DNA of 64,000 nt from Candidatus Omnitrophota bacterium (GCA_038222225.1 JBBRHV010000005.1:1824-65823), one strand, 5' to 3'; positions 20,388 to 30,421 are shown, counted from the first letter of the stretch. Notes: generated by a model not told the origin, from the sequence alone. A program made the numbers and translations.

Positions 20388-21425
20388 ATGTCTTGGAATT
20401 TTGAACAGATCCGACAGGATGCACGGCAGGAACTCGAAGCGCTCAACGACGTGCGCGTCCTAGAAGAGTTTCGTATTAAATATTTGGGCAAGAAAGGCCT
20501 GGTGCAAGAGATTTATGCGTCTTTGGCGCAGGCGTCTGCCGAAGAGAAGCCCTTGCTCGGGAAGAACGCTAATATTTTAAAAAATGATCTGTCTCAGATG
20601 TTTGATCTGCGCAAGAACGTCATTGAAGATTTTGGCAGACAGCAGAGACGCAAGGTCATAGACGTGACCCTTCCGGGGATTGCGCAGCCCGTCGGTGTCA
20701 GGCACGTGTTAAACCAGACCATGGATCAGATCTGCGAGATCTTCGAAGGATTCGGGTTTGTGATCGAAGAAGGTCCGGAGGTGGAAACCGAGTTTCATAA
20801 TTTTGACGCGTTGAACATTCCTAAAGATCATCCGTCACGCGACGGGTTTGATACATTTTATGTGGATGAAAGAGATCCTGAGGAGCAAGGCGTTTATCAG
20901 CTCTTGCGCAGCCAGACATCCCCTGTTCAAATCCGGGTTATGAAGACGCATACGCCGCCGTTGGCGGTGGTGGTTCCGGGGCGGGTGTATCGTCCGGATG
21001 CCGTGGATGCCAGTCATTCGTTCATGTTTCATCAGATTGAGGGATTGCTGGTGGATCAGACGGTGCGTTTTTCCGATCTGAAAGGGCTGATTGAAGCGTT
21101 TTTGAAACGGCTGTTCGGCAGGGATATTCATATGCGGTTCCGTCCGCATTTTTTTCCGTTTACCGAGCCGTCGGCAGAGGTGGACATTTCTTGCTATCTC
21201 TGCAAGGGCAAGGGATGCTCGGCTTGCAAACGGACCGGATGGATCGAAGTGATGGGCTGCGGGATGGTTCATCCAAAGGTGTTTGAGGCTGCCGGGTATC
21301 CGAAAGGCAAATATACCGGGCTGGCGTTTGGCCTGGGGGTTGAGCGGCTAACAATGCTGAAGTACGGCATTCATGATATTCGTTTATTTTTTGAAAACGA
21401 CATGCGGTTTTTAAAACAGTTTTGA
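20388..21425 (+). CDS. pheS: Phenylalanine--tRNA ligase alpha subunit
   Basis: NFDALNIPKDHPSRD, LLRSQTSPVQIR, FHQIEG, RFRPHFFPFTEPSAE, AFGLGVERL. Confidence 0.98.
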   Translation: MSWNFEQIRQDARQELEALNDVRVLEEFRIKYLGKKGLVQEIYASLAQASAEEKPLLGKNANILKNDLSQMFDLRKNVIEDFGRQQRRKVIDVTLPGIAQPVGVRHVLNQTMDQICEIFEGFGFVIEEGPEVETEFHNFDALNIPKDHPSRDGFDTFYVDERDPEEQGVYQLLRSQTSPVQIRVMKTHTPPLAVVVPGRVYRPDAVDASHSFMFHQIEGLLVDQTVRFSDLKGLIEAFLKRLFGRDIHMRFRPHFFPFTEPSAEVDISCYLCKGKGCSACKRTGWIEVMGCGMVHPKVFEAAGYPKGKYTGLAFGLGVERLTMLKYGIHDIRLFFENDMRFLKQF

Positions 21426-21429
21426 AAAG

Positions 21430-21538
21430 CAATTAACAGTGAACAGATAACAATTAAAAATTATTGTGCGCGCTCTGGCGCGCTTTAGCTGCGAAGCAGT
21501 TCCTCAATTGTTCATTTTTAGCTGTTAGTTGTTAATTG
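21430..21538. repeat. Inverted heptamer tandem-repeat element in the pheS-pheT spacer
   Basis: Left arm AATTAAC AGTGAAC AGATAAC AATTAAA (21431-21458); right arm TCAATTG TTCATTT TTAGCTG TTAGTTG TTAATTG (21504-21538); two GC mini-hairpins between them. Confidence 0.7.
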
Positions 21539-21556
21539 AATTTAAGGATTTTTGAG

Positions 21557-23587
21557 ATGAAGATCAGTTTAGATTGGATCAAAGATTATGTTTCGTTCAA
21601 CATTCCAGTGTCGGACCTTGTCCATAAACTGACCATGGCCGGGCTCGAAGCGGAAAAAATTGAAACTGTCGGAAAAGACACGGTCATTGAATTTGAGATC
21701 ACGCCCAACCGGCCGGATTGCCTAAGCATGGTCGGCATTGCGCGGGAGATCGCTGCTGTGTTAAAAAAACCGTTAAGTTCACCGAAATTCGCGCGAAGAA
21801 CTTTACCGGACAAGAAAAGCGATGTTGCTATTGAAGCGGCCGACGTGTGTAAGCGATATATCGGCGCTCTCATTGAGGGCGTTTCTGTCGGACAATCTCC
21901 GGCTTTGATCAGAACGCGGCTGCAGGTGCTGGGGAACCGGCCGATCAGCAATATCGTGGACATCACAAATTATTGTTTGTTTGAATTGGGGCATCCTTTG
22001 CATGCCTTTGATTATGATAAGCTCAAAGGCGGCAAGATCATTGTCCGCTACGCGCGCCGGGGAGAAACGATCGTGACTCTTGACGGACAAAAGCGCGAGC
22101 TGGACCCGTCGGTTCTGGTGATCGCCGATGAAGAGCGGCCGGTAGCGTTGGCTGGGATCATGGGTGGGGCGAACAGCGAAGTCACTTCTTCCACCACGAG
22201 AATTTTACTGGAAAGCGCCTGGTTTGATCCGGTGCTGATCCGTCGAACTTCGCGAAAGCTGGGAGTCTCCAGCGACTCGTCGTACCGTTTTGAGCGGGGC
22301 GCGGCGTATGACAATGTGCAAACCGGGGCGCGGCGCGCCATGGATCTGATTTTGGAACATGCCGGCGGGAGCGTTAAAGCTTATAAAGATGTGCAAAAAG
22401 CAGGCGCAGTGAAAAAGAGCTCGTCCATTCTCATGAACGTTTCGGAAGTGAACGGGTTTTTAGGGGCCAAACTTCCGGCCGCGGAAATGAAAAGAATTTT
22501 AAAAGCTTTGGGGTTTCAGGTGGCGGCGTCTTCTAAGAGCGCGCTGCGGGTCACGCCTCCGGGCTTTCGCGCGGATATTCGTTTGGTCGAGGATTGTTAT
22601 GAAGAGATCGCGCGGGTTGTGGGATACGACAAACTGCCGTCTTCTTTGCCGCTGGTCACCATTACTTCGATGTGTTCCAATGAGCGTCGGAAAAAACGGG
22701 CGGTGGTTTGTGAGGCGCTGTTAAAGCAGGGCCTGCAGGAAATTTTAACGTACAGCATGGTGAGTCGGGACGCGAATGGAAAAAGCGGCTGCACGGATTT
22801 ACGGGCAATGTCCATTCTAAATCCTCTGTCGCAGGAGCAGGAAATGATGCGGGCCAGTCTTTTGCCGAGCTTTTTGACGGCCATCGTGAAGAATATGAAT
22901 CACGGGCAAAAAGACCTGCAGATTTTTGAGGCCGGAAAGGCCTACCTGCCCGGAGGAGAGAAAGAGCGCTTGGCTCTGGCCCTCACCGGACTCGCCAGGC
23001 ACGGTTGGAGAGACGAGCAAAAGGCAACCTGTGATTTTTTTGACCTGAAAGGGGCGGTGGAGCAGGCCTGTGCTGCGCTGAAGCTGGAGCCGCCGGCCTT
23101 TGTGGAACTGAAAGACGCCAGGTTTGAAGAAGGACAGGCGGCTGCGGTTTGGCTCGGCAAAAAGAATATCGGTTCAGCCGGGCGCCTGAAGGCAGACATC
23201 CTTAAGGTCTGGGACGTGAAGGCTGAGGAGGTTTTTTTCGCGGAATTGGATCTAGAGGCGCTCTACGCGCTCAAGCCAAAGCCGGCAGTCTATGTTCCGC
23301 TTGACCAGTTTCCGGCGGTGACCAGAGACGTGAGCTTGGCGATTGAACAAAAGATTTCCTTTCAGAGCGTTAAAGAGGTGATCGCTTTCCTAGACATGAA
23401 GATCCTCAAGGACATTCTTTTTAAGGAAGAATATGTTGGAGAAAAGATACCGGCCGGATGCCGAGGCGTGGTTTTTTCTGTTGTGTATCAGGCTCAAGAG
23501 CGGACGCTGACGGAAACCGAGGTTGAAGGCGCTCATCAGCAGCTGTTGGCTGCCCTGATTCAAAATTTAAAGGCCATCATTCGTTAA
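21557..23587 (+). CDS. pheT: Phenylalanine--tRNA ligase beta subunit (lacks B2 OB-fold insert)
   Basis: MKISLDWIKDY, EITPNRPDCLS, VDITNY, SSYRFERG, EEIARVVGYD, C-terminal FDX-ACB domain; 676 aa from ATG 21557. Confidence 0.96.
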   Translation: MKISLDWIKDYVSFNIPVSDLVHKLTMAGLEAEKIETVGKDTVIEFEITPNRPDCLSMVGIAREIAAVLKKPLSSPKFARRTLPDKKSDVAIEAADVCKRYIGALIEGVSVGQSPALIRTRLQVLGNRPISNIVDITNYCLFELGHPLHAFDYDKLKGGKIIVRYARRGETIVTLDGQKRELDPSVLVIADEERPVALAGIMGGANSEVTSSTTRILLESAWFDPVLIRRTSRKLGVSSDSSYRFERGAAYDNVQTGARRAMDLILEHAGGSVKAYKDVQKAGAVKKSSSILMNVSEVNGFLGAKLPAAEMKRILKALGFQVAASSKSALRVTPPGFRADIRLVEDCYEEIARVVGYDKLPSSLPLVTITSMCSNERRKKRAVVCEALLKQGLQEILTYSMVSRDANGKSGCTDLRAMSILNPLSQEQEMMRASLLPSFLTAIVKNMNHGQKDLQIFEAGKAYLPGGEKERLALALTGLARHGWRDEQKATCDFFDLKGAVEQACAALKLEPPAFVELKDARFEEGQAAAVWLGKKNIGSAGRLKADILKVWDVKAEEVFFAELDLEALYALKPKPAVYVPLDQFPAVTRDVSLAIEQKISFQSVKEVIAFLDMKILKDILFKEEYVGEKIPAGCRGVVFSVVYQAQERTLTETEVEGAHQQLLAALIQNLKAIIR

Positions 23588-23643
23588 AGAAATTCCTCCT
23601 GGCGCCCAGTGGTGGCGCTTTTCTGCGGTTGTGATATAATACA

Positions 23644-23797
23644 ATTCCCTGCGGTGCTCGTTAGGACTATTATAAACGAACCAATGCAATGACTATGGGA
23701 GCTTTACTTCTGACTGTCCCTTGGGGCAGCTAGGGAGGCACCCACTTGGTGAACCCGGTTCGCCTATGTCAGTAGTCCGACGGCATTTGCGGGGATT
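23644..23797 (+). ncRNA. ssrS: 6S RNA
   Basis: Rod-like fold: TTCCCTGCGGTGC/GCATTTGCGGGGAT, GGACT/AGTCC, central bubble, GAACC/GGTTC, GGGAGC...CACCCAC. TGnTATAAT lies just upstream (23632-23640), and rarA and ygfA are known 6S neighbours. Confidence 0.85.
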
Positions 23798-23815
23798 TTT
23801 TATGATTTGACGCCT

Positions 23816-23964
23816 TGATTCATCCCGGATTTCCGCGGTGAATCATCCTGATTCCTTCGATGCGGTGTTTTACTCAGGGCGGTGACCACGACCTCGGCAG
23901 AACGCCGAAGGAATCAACGGGGTTGCCTCGAAAAGGAAAGGCCGCGGGCGTGTCCGTGTGAATC
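23816..23964. repeat. Structured GC-rich palindromic element between 6S RNA and rarA
   Basis: Nested pairs GATTCA/TGAATC, CGGA/TCCG, CCGCGGT/GCCGCGG, and TGATTCCTTCG 23849-23859 with CGAAGGAATCA 23906-23916. Confidence 0.6.
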
Positions 23965-23968
23965 CAAT

Positions 23969-25339
23969 ATGAACACAAAAAAAACAAAAACCAGCACAGA
24001 AACAGCTTCAGCGGATCTGTTTGAAGAAGAGCGAGAAGCCCGGATCTTTCAAACACGGCCGCTGAGCGTGCGCATGCGCCCTCAAACGCTGGACGAATAT
24101 GTGGGCCAAAACCATATTCTCGGCGAAGGAAAGCTGCTGACCAGGGCCATTGAGTCGGACCGGATCAGCTCTCTGATTTTATACGGACCTCCCGGCACAG
24201 GAAAAACGACCCTTGCTTATTGTATCAGCCGGCGAACGGACGCGGTGTTTGAACGGGTCAACGCCGTAGCGTCCAACGTCGAAGAGCTGCGCAAGATCAT
24301 TGCCGCGGCCCAGAATCGCAGGGCCAATTCCGGACACCGGACCATTGTGTTCATTGATGAAATTCACCGTTTCAATAAAGCCCAGCAGGATGTTCTGATG
24401 CCGGACGTTGAAAACGGAAATATTGTTTTGATCGGTGCCACCACCATGAACCCATTTTTTTCTTTAGTCAGCCCCTTGTTGTCACGGTCCTTGGTCTTTG
24501 AGTTGGAACCTCTTTCTCCACAGGATATTCTGGCATTGCTCAAGAGGGCTCTTTCGGATCAACAACGCGGGCTGGGCCAGATCAGCATTCAGGCCGATGC
24601 GGAGGCCTTAGAATTTCTCGCCGAAGTCGCAGACGGCGATGCCCGTCGGGCATTAAATGCTTTGGAAATCGGATGTTTAACAACCCCTCCAAGTAAAACC
24701 GGGGAACGGCATTTTTCTATTGAAGAGGCTCAAGCATCGATTCAGACAAAGCAAGTCCGTTATGATAAAGACGGCGATGCGCATTATGATACGATTTCAG
24801 CTTTCATTAAATCCATGAGAGGCTCTGATCCGGACGCGGCCCTGTATTGGCTTGCCAAGATGATTTATGCCGGAGAAGACCCCAGATTTATTGCCCGCCG
24901 GATCTGCATTTGTGCTTCTGAAGATGTCGGCAACGCTGACCCGCAGGCGCTGGTTTTGGCAATCGCGGTTTTTCAAGCGGTCGAAACGCTGGGCATGCCG
25001 GAGGCGCGCATTCCGTTGGCACAGGCCGTTGTTTATGTGGCCTGCGCCCCAAAATCCAACGCATCTTATATTGGCATTGAAAAGGCCTTAGAAGATGTAA
25101 AGGCCAAAAGGGTTCAAGAAGTTCCGGTTCATTTAAAAGACGCCAGCTATCCGGGAGCCAAAAAGCTTGGTCATGGTCAGGGATATAAATATGTCCATGA
25201 CTACCAAGACCATTTTATTGATCAAGTTTATATGCCGAAAGACGTGCATTATTACGATCCGACTGAGCAGGGTTATGAGGCTGAAATAAAGGAACGGCTA
25301 AATGGGCTAAAAAACACTAAAAATGACAAAAAAATGTGA
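23969..25339 (+). CDS. rarA: Replication-associated recombination protein A (RarA/MgsA)
   Basis: PLSVRMRPQTLDEYVGQ, YGPPGTGKTT, FIDEIHRFNKAQQD, HYDTISAFIKSMRGSDPDAA; start ATG 23969. Confidence 0.96.
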   Translation: MNTKKTKTSTETASADLFEEEREARIFQTRPLSVRMRPQTLDEYVGQNHILGEGKLLTRAIESDRISSLILYGPPGTGKTTLAYCISRRTDAVFERVNAVASNVEELRKIIAAAQNRRANSGHRTIVFIDEIHRFNKAQQDVLMPDVENGNIVLIGATTMNPFFSLVSPLLSRSLVFELEPLSPQDILALLKRALSDQQRGLGQISIQADAEALEFLAEVADGDARRALNALEIGCLTTPPSKTGERHFSIEEAQASIQTKQVRYDKDGDAHYDTISAFIKSMRGSDPDAALYWLAKMIYAGEDPRFIARRICICASEDVGNADPQALVLAIAVFQAVETLGMPEARIPLAQAVVYVACAPKSNASYIGIEKALEDVKAKRVQEVPVHLKDASYPGAKKLGHGQGYKYVHDYQDHFIDQVYMPKDVHYYDPTEQGYEAEIKERLNGLKNTKNDKKM

Positions 25340-25484
25340 TTTTTGATGGTTTTTTTATAAAAGCCTTTGATGTATATTTCGAAAAATTCTGTTGAGAACC
25401 CAAGTCAAAAATGATACTATAATAATCAAATTAATACTTATAATCATATTAAATATGATTACGTGTACCTTTTGGGTGTCTTGA

Positions 25485-26042
25485 GTGTTGACTTTAAAAA
25501 AAGAAATAAGACAAAGAATTCTTGAGTTGTTGAAACAGCAAAAGGAGGAACAACGGCTTTTAAAAAGCCGCGCTATTGCAGAGCGAGTTGTCAAACTGCA
25601 AGAGTTTCAAAAGGCAAAAGTGATTGTGTTTTATGCATCGCTTGCAGGAGAGGTCGACACATTCGGCCTGATGAAGAAAGCGCTAGATTTGGACAAGGAT
25701 GTTGTATTGCCGTGTGTTTTGTCGGGTACGCATACATTGGAGTTCAGACGTATCCAAGACTTAGACAACGACTTAGAATATGGCCCCTATAATATTCAAC
25801 AACCAAACCGGAACAAAACCCAATCCATTCAACCTGAGTTGGTGGATCTTGTTATTGTGCCCGGCATTGCTTTTGATCGAAGCAACAATCGTCTTGGCCG
25901 GGGGGTCGGATACTACGATCGGTTTTTAGCAAACTTGTCTGCGGATGTCCCTAGCGTTGGTCTCGCGTTTGATTTTCAGATTCTGGAACGCTTGCCCACC
26001 GACCTTCATGATGTTCCTGTTCAACAGGTCATTTCTGCCTAA
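25485..26042 (+). CDS. ygfA: 5-formyltetrahydrofolate cyclo-ligase
   Basis: [19 protein letters not shown]...[19 protein letters not shown]. Confidence 0.93.
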   Translation: MLTLKKEIRQRILELLKQQKEEQRLLKSRAIAERVVKLQEFQKAKVIVFYASLAGEVDTFGLMKKALDLDKDVVLPCVLSGTHTLEFRRIQDLDNDLEYGPYNIQQPNRNKTQSIQPELVDLVIVPGIAFDRSNNRLGRGVGYYDRFLANLSADVPSVGLAFDFQILERLPTDLHDVPVQQVISA

Positions 26043-26109
26043 ACAAATAAACGGTTTATTTTATTCAGACAAGGGTGAACCTTGTTTCTGTCATAGAGGG
26101 GAGTCTTAT

Positions 26110-27678
26110 ATGAACTTAGAAAACACGCATTTAGTTACAGCATTTGCATCATTCGCATTAGGAATTTGCTTAGGGATTTTATGGCGGACCTATTTCGCCA
26201 ACAAAAGGATTCGCAAGGCCGAAGACAAAGCCCGTAAGCTTACGGAATTTTCGGAACGTGAAGCGGAAGCGCATAAGAAAGAAGCAGAATTAGCAGGAAA
26301 AGACCTGCTGATCAAGCTGCGTCAGGATTTTGAAAAGGAAACAAAAACCCGGCGGGAAGAGCTGGTTGTGTTGGAAAAACGCCTGCATCAGAAAGAAGAA
26401 AACATTGAGAAGCGTGTTGATCTTCTGGAAAAGAAGGAAAAGGACATTGATTCGAGAGTCGGCGCCTTGCGCAAGGATGAAGAACGGAACAAGCTGCGCG
26501 ATCAAGATTTGAATAATTTGATTGAAGAAGAGAAAAAACGTTTGCAGGAGATCTCTTCGATGACATCCGAACAGGCCAAGGAGCTGCTTTTAAAGCGCAT
26601 GGATGAAGAAATCGTTCATGAAAAGGCGACCCGCTTGCGTCAGATGGAAGAGGACATCAAGGAGAACAGCGAAAAAACAGCGCGTCAGATTCTTACAACC
26701 GCTATTCAGCGCTGCGCTTCGGATCATACCGCCGAAACGACCTTGAGCGTGGTGCCTCTCCCTAACGATGAAATGAAAGGCCGCATTATCGGCCGTGAAG
26801 GGCGCAATATCCGGGCCCTTGAGATGGCAACGGGAGTGGATATTATTATTGATGACACGCCGGAGGCGGTTACGATCTCAGGGTTTGATATGGTTCGTCG
26901 TGAAATTGCCCGCATTGCGCTGGAAAAGCTCATAGCTGACGGGCGGATTCATCCCGGACGCATTGAAGAGGTTGTGGAAAAGGCCAAGCTGGAAATTGAA
27001 AAAATTATTAAAGAAGAGGGCGATAAGGCCGCTTTTGAGATGGGGATTCACCGTATGCATCCTGAGCTTCTTCGGCTGGTCGGAAAATTAAAATACCGCA
27101 CCAGTTTTGGTCAGAATGCACTGATTCATACCAAAGAGGTTGCCCGTATCATGTCTTTAATGGCCACCCAGCTTGGTTTTGATCCTAAAATTGCGCTTCG
27201 CGTCGGGCTTTTGCATGATATCGGGAAAGTCGTGTCTCAGGAAATTGAGGAAGGAACGCATGCTGTTGTCGGTGCGAACCTTGCGAAGAAGCATGGAGAA
27301 AATGAAGTGGTGGTCAACGCCATTGCCTCGCATCATGAAGAGGTCGAATGCAATTCGCTTTACGGTGTTTTACTTTGTGCGGCCGATGCGGTCAGCGCAT
27401 CCCGTCCGGGCGCCCGTGCGGAAACGCTGGATATTTATGTGAAGAGATTGGAAAGCCTGGAAAAAATCGCCAATGCGTTTAAAGGCGTCGAGAAGTCCTA
27501 CGCGCTTCAAGCCGGACGCGAGGTCCGTGTTTTAGTGGAACCGGGGAAGGTGAATGACGATGAAGCGATCGTGATGGCGCGTGATATTCGTAAGCGCGTT
27601 GAGCAGGAGCTGGAATATCCGGGGCAGATCAAAGTCATTGTGGTGCGTGAAACGCGAGCGATTGAATACGCGAAATAA
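26110..27678 (+). CDS. rny: Ribonuclease Y
   Basis: N-terminal TM, coiled coil, KH ([13 protein letters not shown]) and HD (GLLHDIGK) domains, [12 protein letters not shown]; start ATG 26110. Confidence 0.97.
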   Translation: MNLENTHLVTAFASFALGICLGILWRTYFANKRIRKAEDKARKLTEFSEREAEAHKKEAELAGKDLLIKLRQDFEKETKTRREELVVLEKRLHQKEENIEKRVDLLEKKEKDIDSRVGALRKDEERNKLRDQDLNNLIEEEKKRLQEISSMTSEQAKELLLKRMDEEIVHEKATRLRQMEEDIKENSEKTARQILTTAIQRCASDHTAETTLSVVPLPNDEMKGRIIGREGRNIRALEMATGVDIIIDDTPEAVTISGFDMVRREIARIALEKLIADGRIHPGRIEEVVEKAKLEIEKIIKEEGDKAAFEMGIHRMHPELLRLVGKLKYRTSFGQNALIHTKEVARIMSLMATQLGFDPKIALRVGLLHDIGKVVSQEIEEGTHAVVGANLAKKHGENEVVVNAIASHHEEVECNSLYGVLLCAADAVSASRPGARAETLDIYVKRLESLEKIANAFKGVEKSYALQAGREVRVLVEPGKVNDDEAIVMARDIRKRVEQELEYPGQIKVIVVRETRAIEYAK

Positions 27679-27685
27679 AATAGGG

Positions 27686-27957
27686 CACTGAGACACTATG
27701 TCACCAAGACACTAGAAAAGGAAAAAGATATAAAAATAAAACATGAAAAAGCGCAAACATGATGGATGCGAGACTTTAGTTTATAGGCGGGTTGATTTTT
27801 AAAGGTTGTTTTTTTTGTTGAGTTTTTTAGTGCTTTAGCATCTTTGTGTTTTTTTAGTGTCTTGGTGACATAGTGTCTTGGTTTTTATCTTGCGTGTCTT
27901 AGTGGCGAGTGTCGTGGCGTCTGGGTGTCGTAGTGTCTTGGGTTTTTAGTGTCTTCT
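27686..27957. repeat. Inverted octamer tandem-repeat element (CACTAAGA/TAGTGTCT family)
   Basis: Perfect 24-bp inverted repeat AGACACTATGTCACCAAGACACTA 27691-27714 / TAGTGTCTTGGTGACATAGTGTCT 27855-27878, plus further degenerate TAGTGTCT-like units to about 27957. Confidence 0.8.
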
Positions 27958-27970
27958 AAGAGGTTTTTAA

Positions 27971-28777
27971 ATGATGAATATCCTTTGCATCGGAGATGTG
28001 GTCGGCAAGGCCGGGCGGCAGGTTTTGGAAGAAGAACTTCCAAAGCTGAAGGAGGAATTTGCGCTGGACGCGGTCATCGTCAATGCTGAAAATGCTGCCG
28101 GAGGATCCGGCCTTACGGAGAGAATGGCCAAACAACTTTTCCGCATCGGCTGTGACGCGATCACCCTCGGGGATCATGTGTGGGACCGGGAAGAGTTGCT
28201 TGAGTATTTGAAAGAGGAACCCCGCGTTTTGCGCCCGGCCAATTTCCCCGATGAGGTTCCCGGGGCAGGCTCGGTGGTGATCACGACACAGAAGGGCGTG
28301 CGCATTGGGGTGGTCAGTCTTTTGGGGAGGGTTTTTGTAAAGTATTACACAGAGTGCCCTTTCCGCACCGCGGAACGGCACATTGAGAAGTTGAAGAAGG
28401 AGACCTCGATCATTTTTGTTGATTTTCATGCCGAGGCAACCAGCGAAAAGATCGCCATGGGATGGTTTCTCGATGGAAAGGTGTCGGCTGTTGTCGGGAC
28501 GCATACGCATATTCAGACGGCGGATGAAAGAATTCTTCCCAAAGGGACGGCGTATATTACAGATTTGGGCATGACCGGCCCGTATGATTCGGTGATCGGC
28601 CAGAAGAAAGAAAAAATTATTAAACGGTTCTTAACTGGGCTGCCAGCCCGGTTTGAAGTCGCTAAAGATGATTCCGTTTTGCACGGCGTGATTGTTTCGC
28701 TGGATGAACAAAGCGGAGCTGCGCAGAAGATCATCCGTATACAAAGGAGGCTTGTATGTCTGCCTGGGAAGGACTGA
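27971..28777 (+). CDS. ymdB: YmdB-family metallophosphoesterase
   Basis: GDVVGKAGR, NAENAAGG, TLGDH, LRPAN, DFHAEATSEK, GTHTHIQTAD; follows rny. Confidence 0.94.
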   Translation: MMNILCIGDVVGKAGRQVLEEELPKLKEEFALDAVIVNAENAAGGSGLTERMAKQLFRIGCDAITLGDHVWDREELLEYLKEEPRVLRPANFPDEVPGAGSVVITTQKGVRIGVVSLLGRVFVKYYTECPFRTAERHIEKLKKETSIIFVDFHAEATSEKIAMGWFLDGKVSAVVGTHTHIQTADERILPKGTAYITDLGMTGPYDSVIGQKKEKIIKRFLTGLPARFEVAKDDSVLHGVIVSLDEQSGAAQKIIRIQRRLVCLPGKD

Positions 28778-29139
28778 ACCGGAGAAAATTTCCAAGAGCC
28801 AAATATCCGTGTATGGTGACGATATGGATTGGGGCCGAGGATGAAGAGGTTTGTTTAACACATACAGAGAACCTGGGAATCGGCGGGGTCTGCTTGATTT
28901 TAAATCAGCGACTGGAAAGAACCGCCGAAGTCGGGCTTGAAATTGATCTTTTGGACTTAAAGGATCATGTGAAGTGCCGCGGAAAAGTGATGTGGGTGGT
29001 TGAGCGCAAGGGAAAAGACGCAAGCAGCCCGTTCACATATGATATCGGGATTGAATTTCTTAATATCGGCGAATTCGATCGCAGCCGTATTCAAGCGATT
29101 GTTAAGCGATTAGAAAAATACCCACAAAATCGGGCGTAA
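28756..29139 (+). CDS. PilZ domain protein
   Basis: NRRKFPR (RxxxR), ENLGIGG (variant of D/NxSxxG), GKVMWV, DIGIEF. Confidence 0.85.
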   Translation: MSAWEGLNRRKFPRAKYPCMVTIWIGAEDEEVCLTHTENLGIGGVCLILNQRLERTAEVGLEIDLLDLKDHVKCRGKVMWVVERKGKDASSPFTYDIGIEFLNIGEFDRSRIQAIVKRLEKYPQNRA

Positions 29140-29143
29140 CGAA

Positions 29144-30421
29144 ATGACTATCAAGACACGATTTGCCCCAAGTCCAACCGGATTTTTGCATATTGGCGGG
29201 GCGCGTACAGCATTGTTCAACTGGATGTACGCACGTTCGCAGGGAGGGTGTTTTGTTTTGCGGATCGAAGATACCGATCAAGAACGGTCTAAGCGCGAAT
29301 ATCTCGATGAGATTGTGGACAGCATGGAGTGGCTGGGATTTGCCTGGGACGAATTGTATCAGCAAAGCGACCGTTTTGATCTGTATCGGCAGTATGCACA
29401 GAAGCTTTTAGATGAGGGCAAGGCGTATACGGATGGCCCGGCGGTGATCTTAAAAATCCCGCAAATGCAGCTTAAGTTTTTTGATTTAATTCGCGGCGAG
29501 GTTGAATTTAACTCGGAAACGATCAAGGATCAGGTTCTGATCAAATCGGATGGATCTCCAACGTATAGTTTTGCCTGTGTTGTTGATGATGCGCTGATGG
29601 AGATCTCGCATGTGATCCGCGGTGAAGATCACATTTCTAATACCCCTAAGCAGCTTGCGATCTATCAGGCCCTTGATCTGAAGCCGCCGAAATTTGCGCA
29701 CCTTCCTTTGATCATGGATGAAGAGGGCGGACGGATGTCCAAGCGCAGCGGCGCGACCGCGGTGAGTGATTACCGCAGGCAGGGATTTTTGCCGGACGCC
29801 TTGGTCAACTATCTGATGCTTTTAGGCTGGTCACCCGGGGACAATCAGGAAGTGATCTCTTTGCCGTCGGCTGTGAAAAAGTTTTCGATTAAAAAAGTCA
29901 ATAAGGCGGCGGCCGCGTTTTCGATGGACAAATTGAAATGGCTGAACGCGGAGTATCTCAAGACCATGCCGCTGGAACAACTCGTTGAATTTGTCGTTCC
30001 GTTTTTAAAGGAACGGGGCTGGATCGCGGAGGATTATGATAGAAACTGGATTTTAAATATTGTAGAATTATATAAAAGCCGGATGGCTGACATTGAAGAG
30101 TTTTTGGTCCGCACGGCCTATTTATTTCAGGAGGATTTTTCCGTGTCTGATGCGATGAAGGAAAAACAGCTCACCGTTGAGCAGACGGCTTGTTTTCCGG
30201 ATTTTGCGGAGAATTTAAAAAGAGTGGATCCGTTTTCAAAGGAATTGGTAGAACAGGCTTTTCGCCGTTGTGTTGAGGAACAGAATTTGAAAATGTCAGA
30301 GGCGGTTCATCCGGTCAGGGTCGCGTTGACCGGAAGCGATGTGGGGCCGGGCCTTTTTGAAACCATGGCGGTTTTAGGAAAAGAAAAAACATTGAAGAGA
30401 CTTCAGCTGGTAGGAGCATAA
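29144..30421 (+). CDS. gltX: Glutamate--tRNA ligase (compact)
   Basis: RFAPSPTGFLHIGG (HIGH), LRIEDTD, HVIRGEDH, RMSKR (KMSKS), anticodon domain VRVALTG..VGPGL; 425 aa. Confidence 0.95.
   Translation: MTIKTRFAPSPTGFLHIGGARTALFNWMYARSQGGCFVLRIEDTDQERSKREYLDEIVDSMEWLGFAWDELYQQSDRFDLYRQYAQKLLDEGKAYTDGPAVILKIPQMQLKFFDLIRGEVEFNSETIKDQVLIKSDGSPTYSFACVVDDALMEISHVIRGEDHISNTPKQLAIYQALDLKPPKFAHLPLIMDEEGGRMSKRSGATAVSDYRRQGFLPDALVNYLMLLGWSPGDNQEVISLPSAVKKFSIKKVNKAAAAFSMDKLKWLNAEYLKTMPLEQLVEFVVPFLKERGWIAEDYDRNWILNIVELYKSRMADIEEFLVRTAYLFQEDFSVSDAMKEKQLTVEQTACFPDFAENLKRVDPFSKELVEQAFRRCVEEQNLKMSEAVHPVRVALTGSDVGPGLFETMAVLGKEKTLKRLQLVGA

Noticed and set aside
27686-27957. Repeat region considered as a CRISPR array
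   Set aside because: Units are degenerate 8-mers in inverted arrangement, not 23-47 bp repeats with unique spacers; no cas genes.
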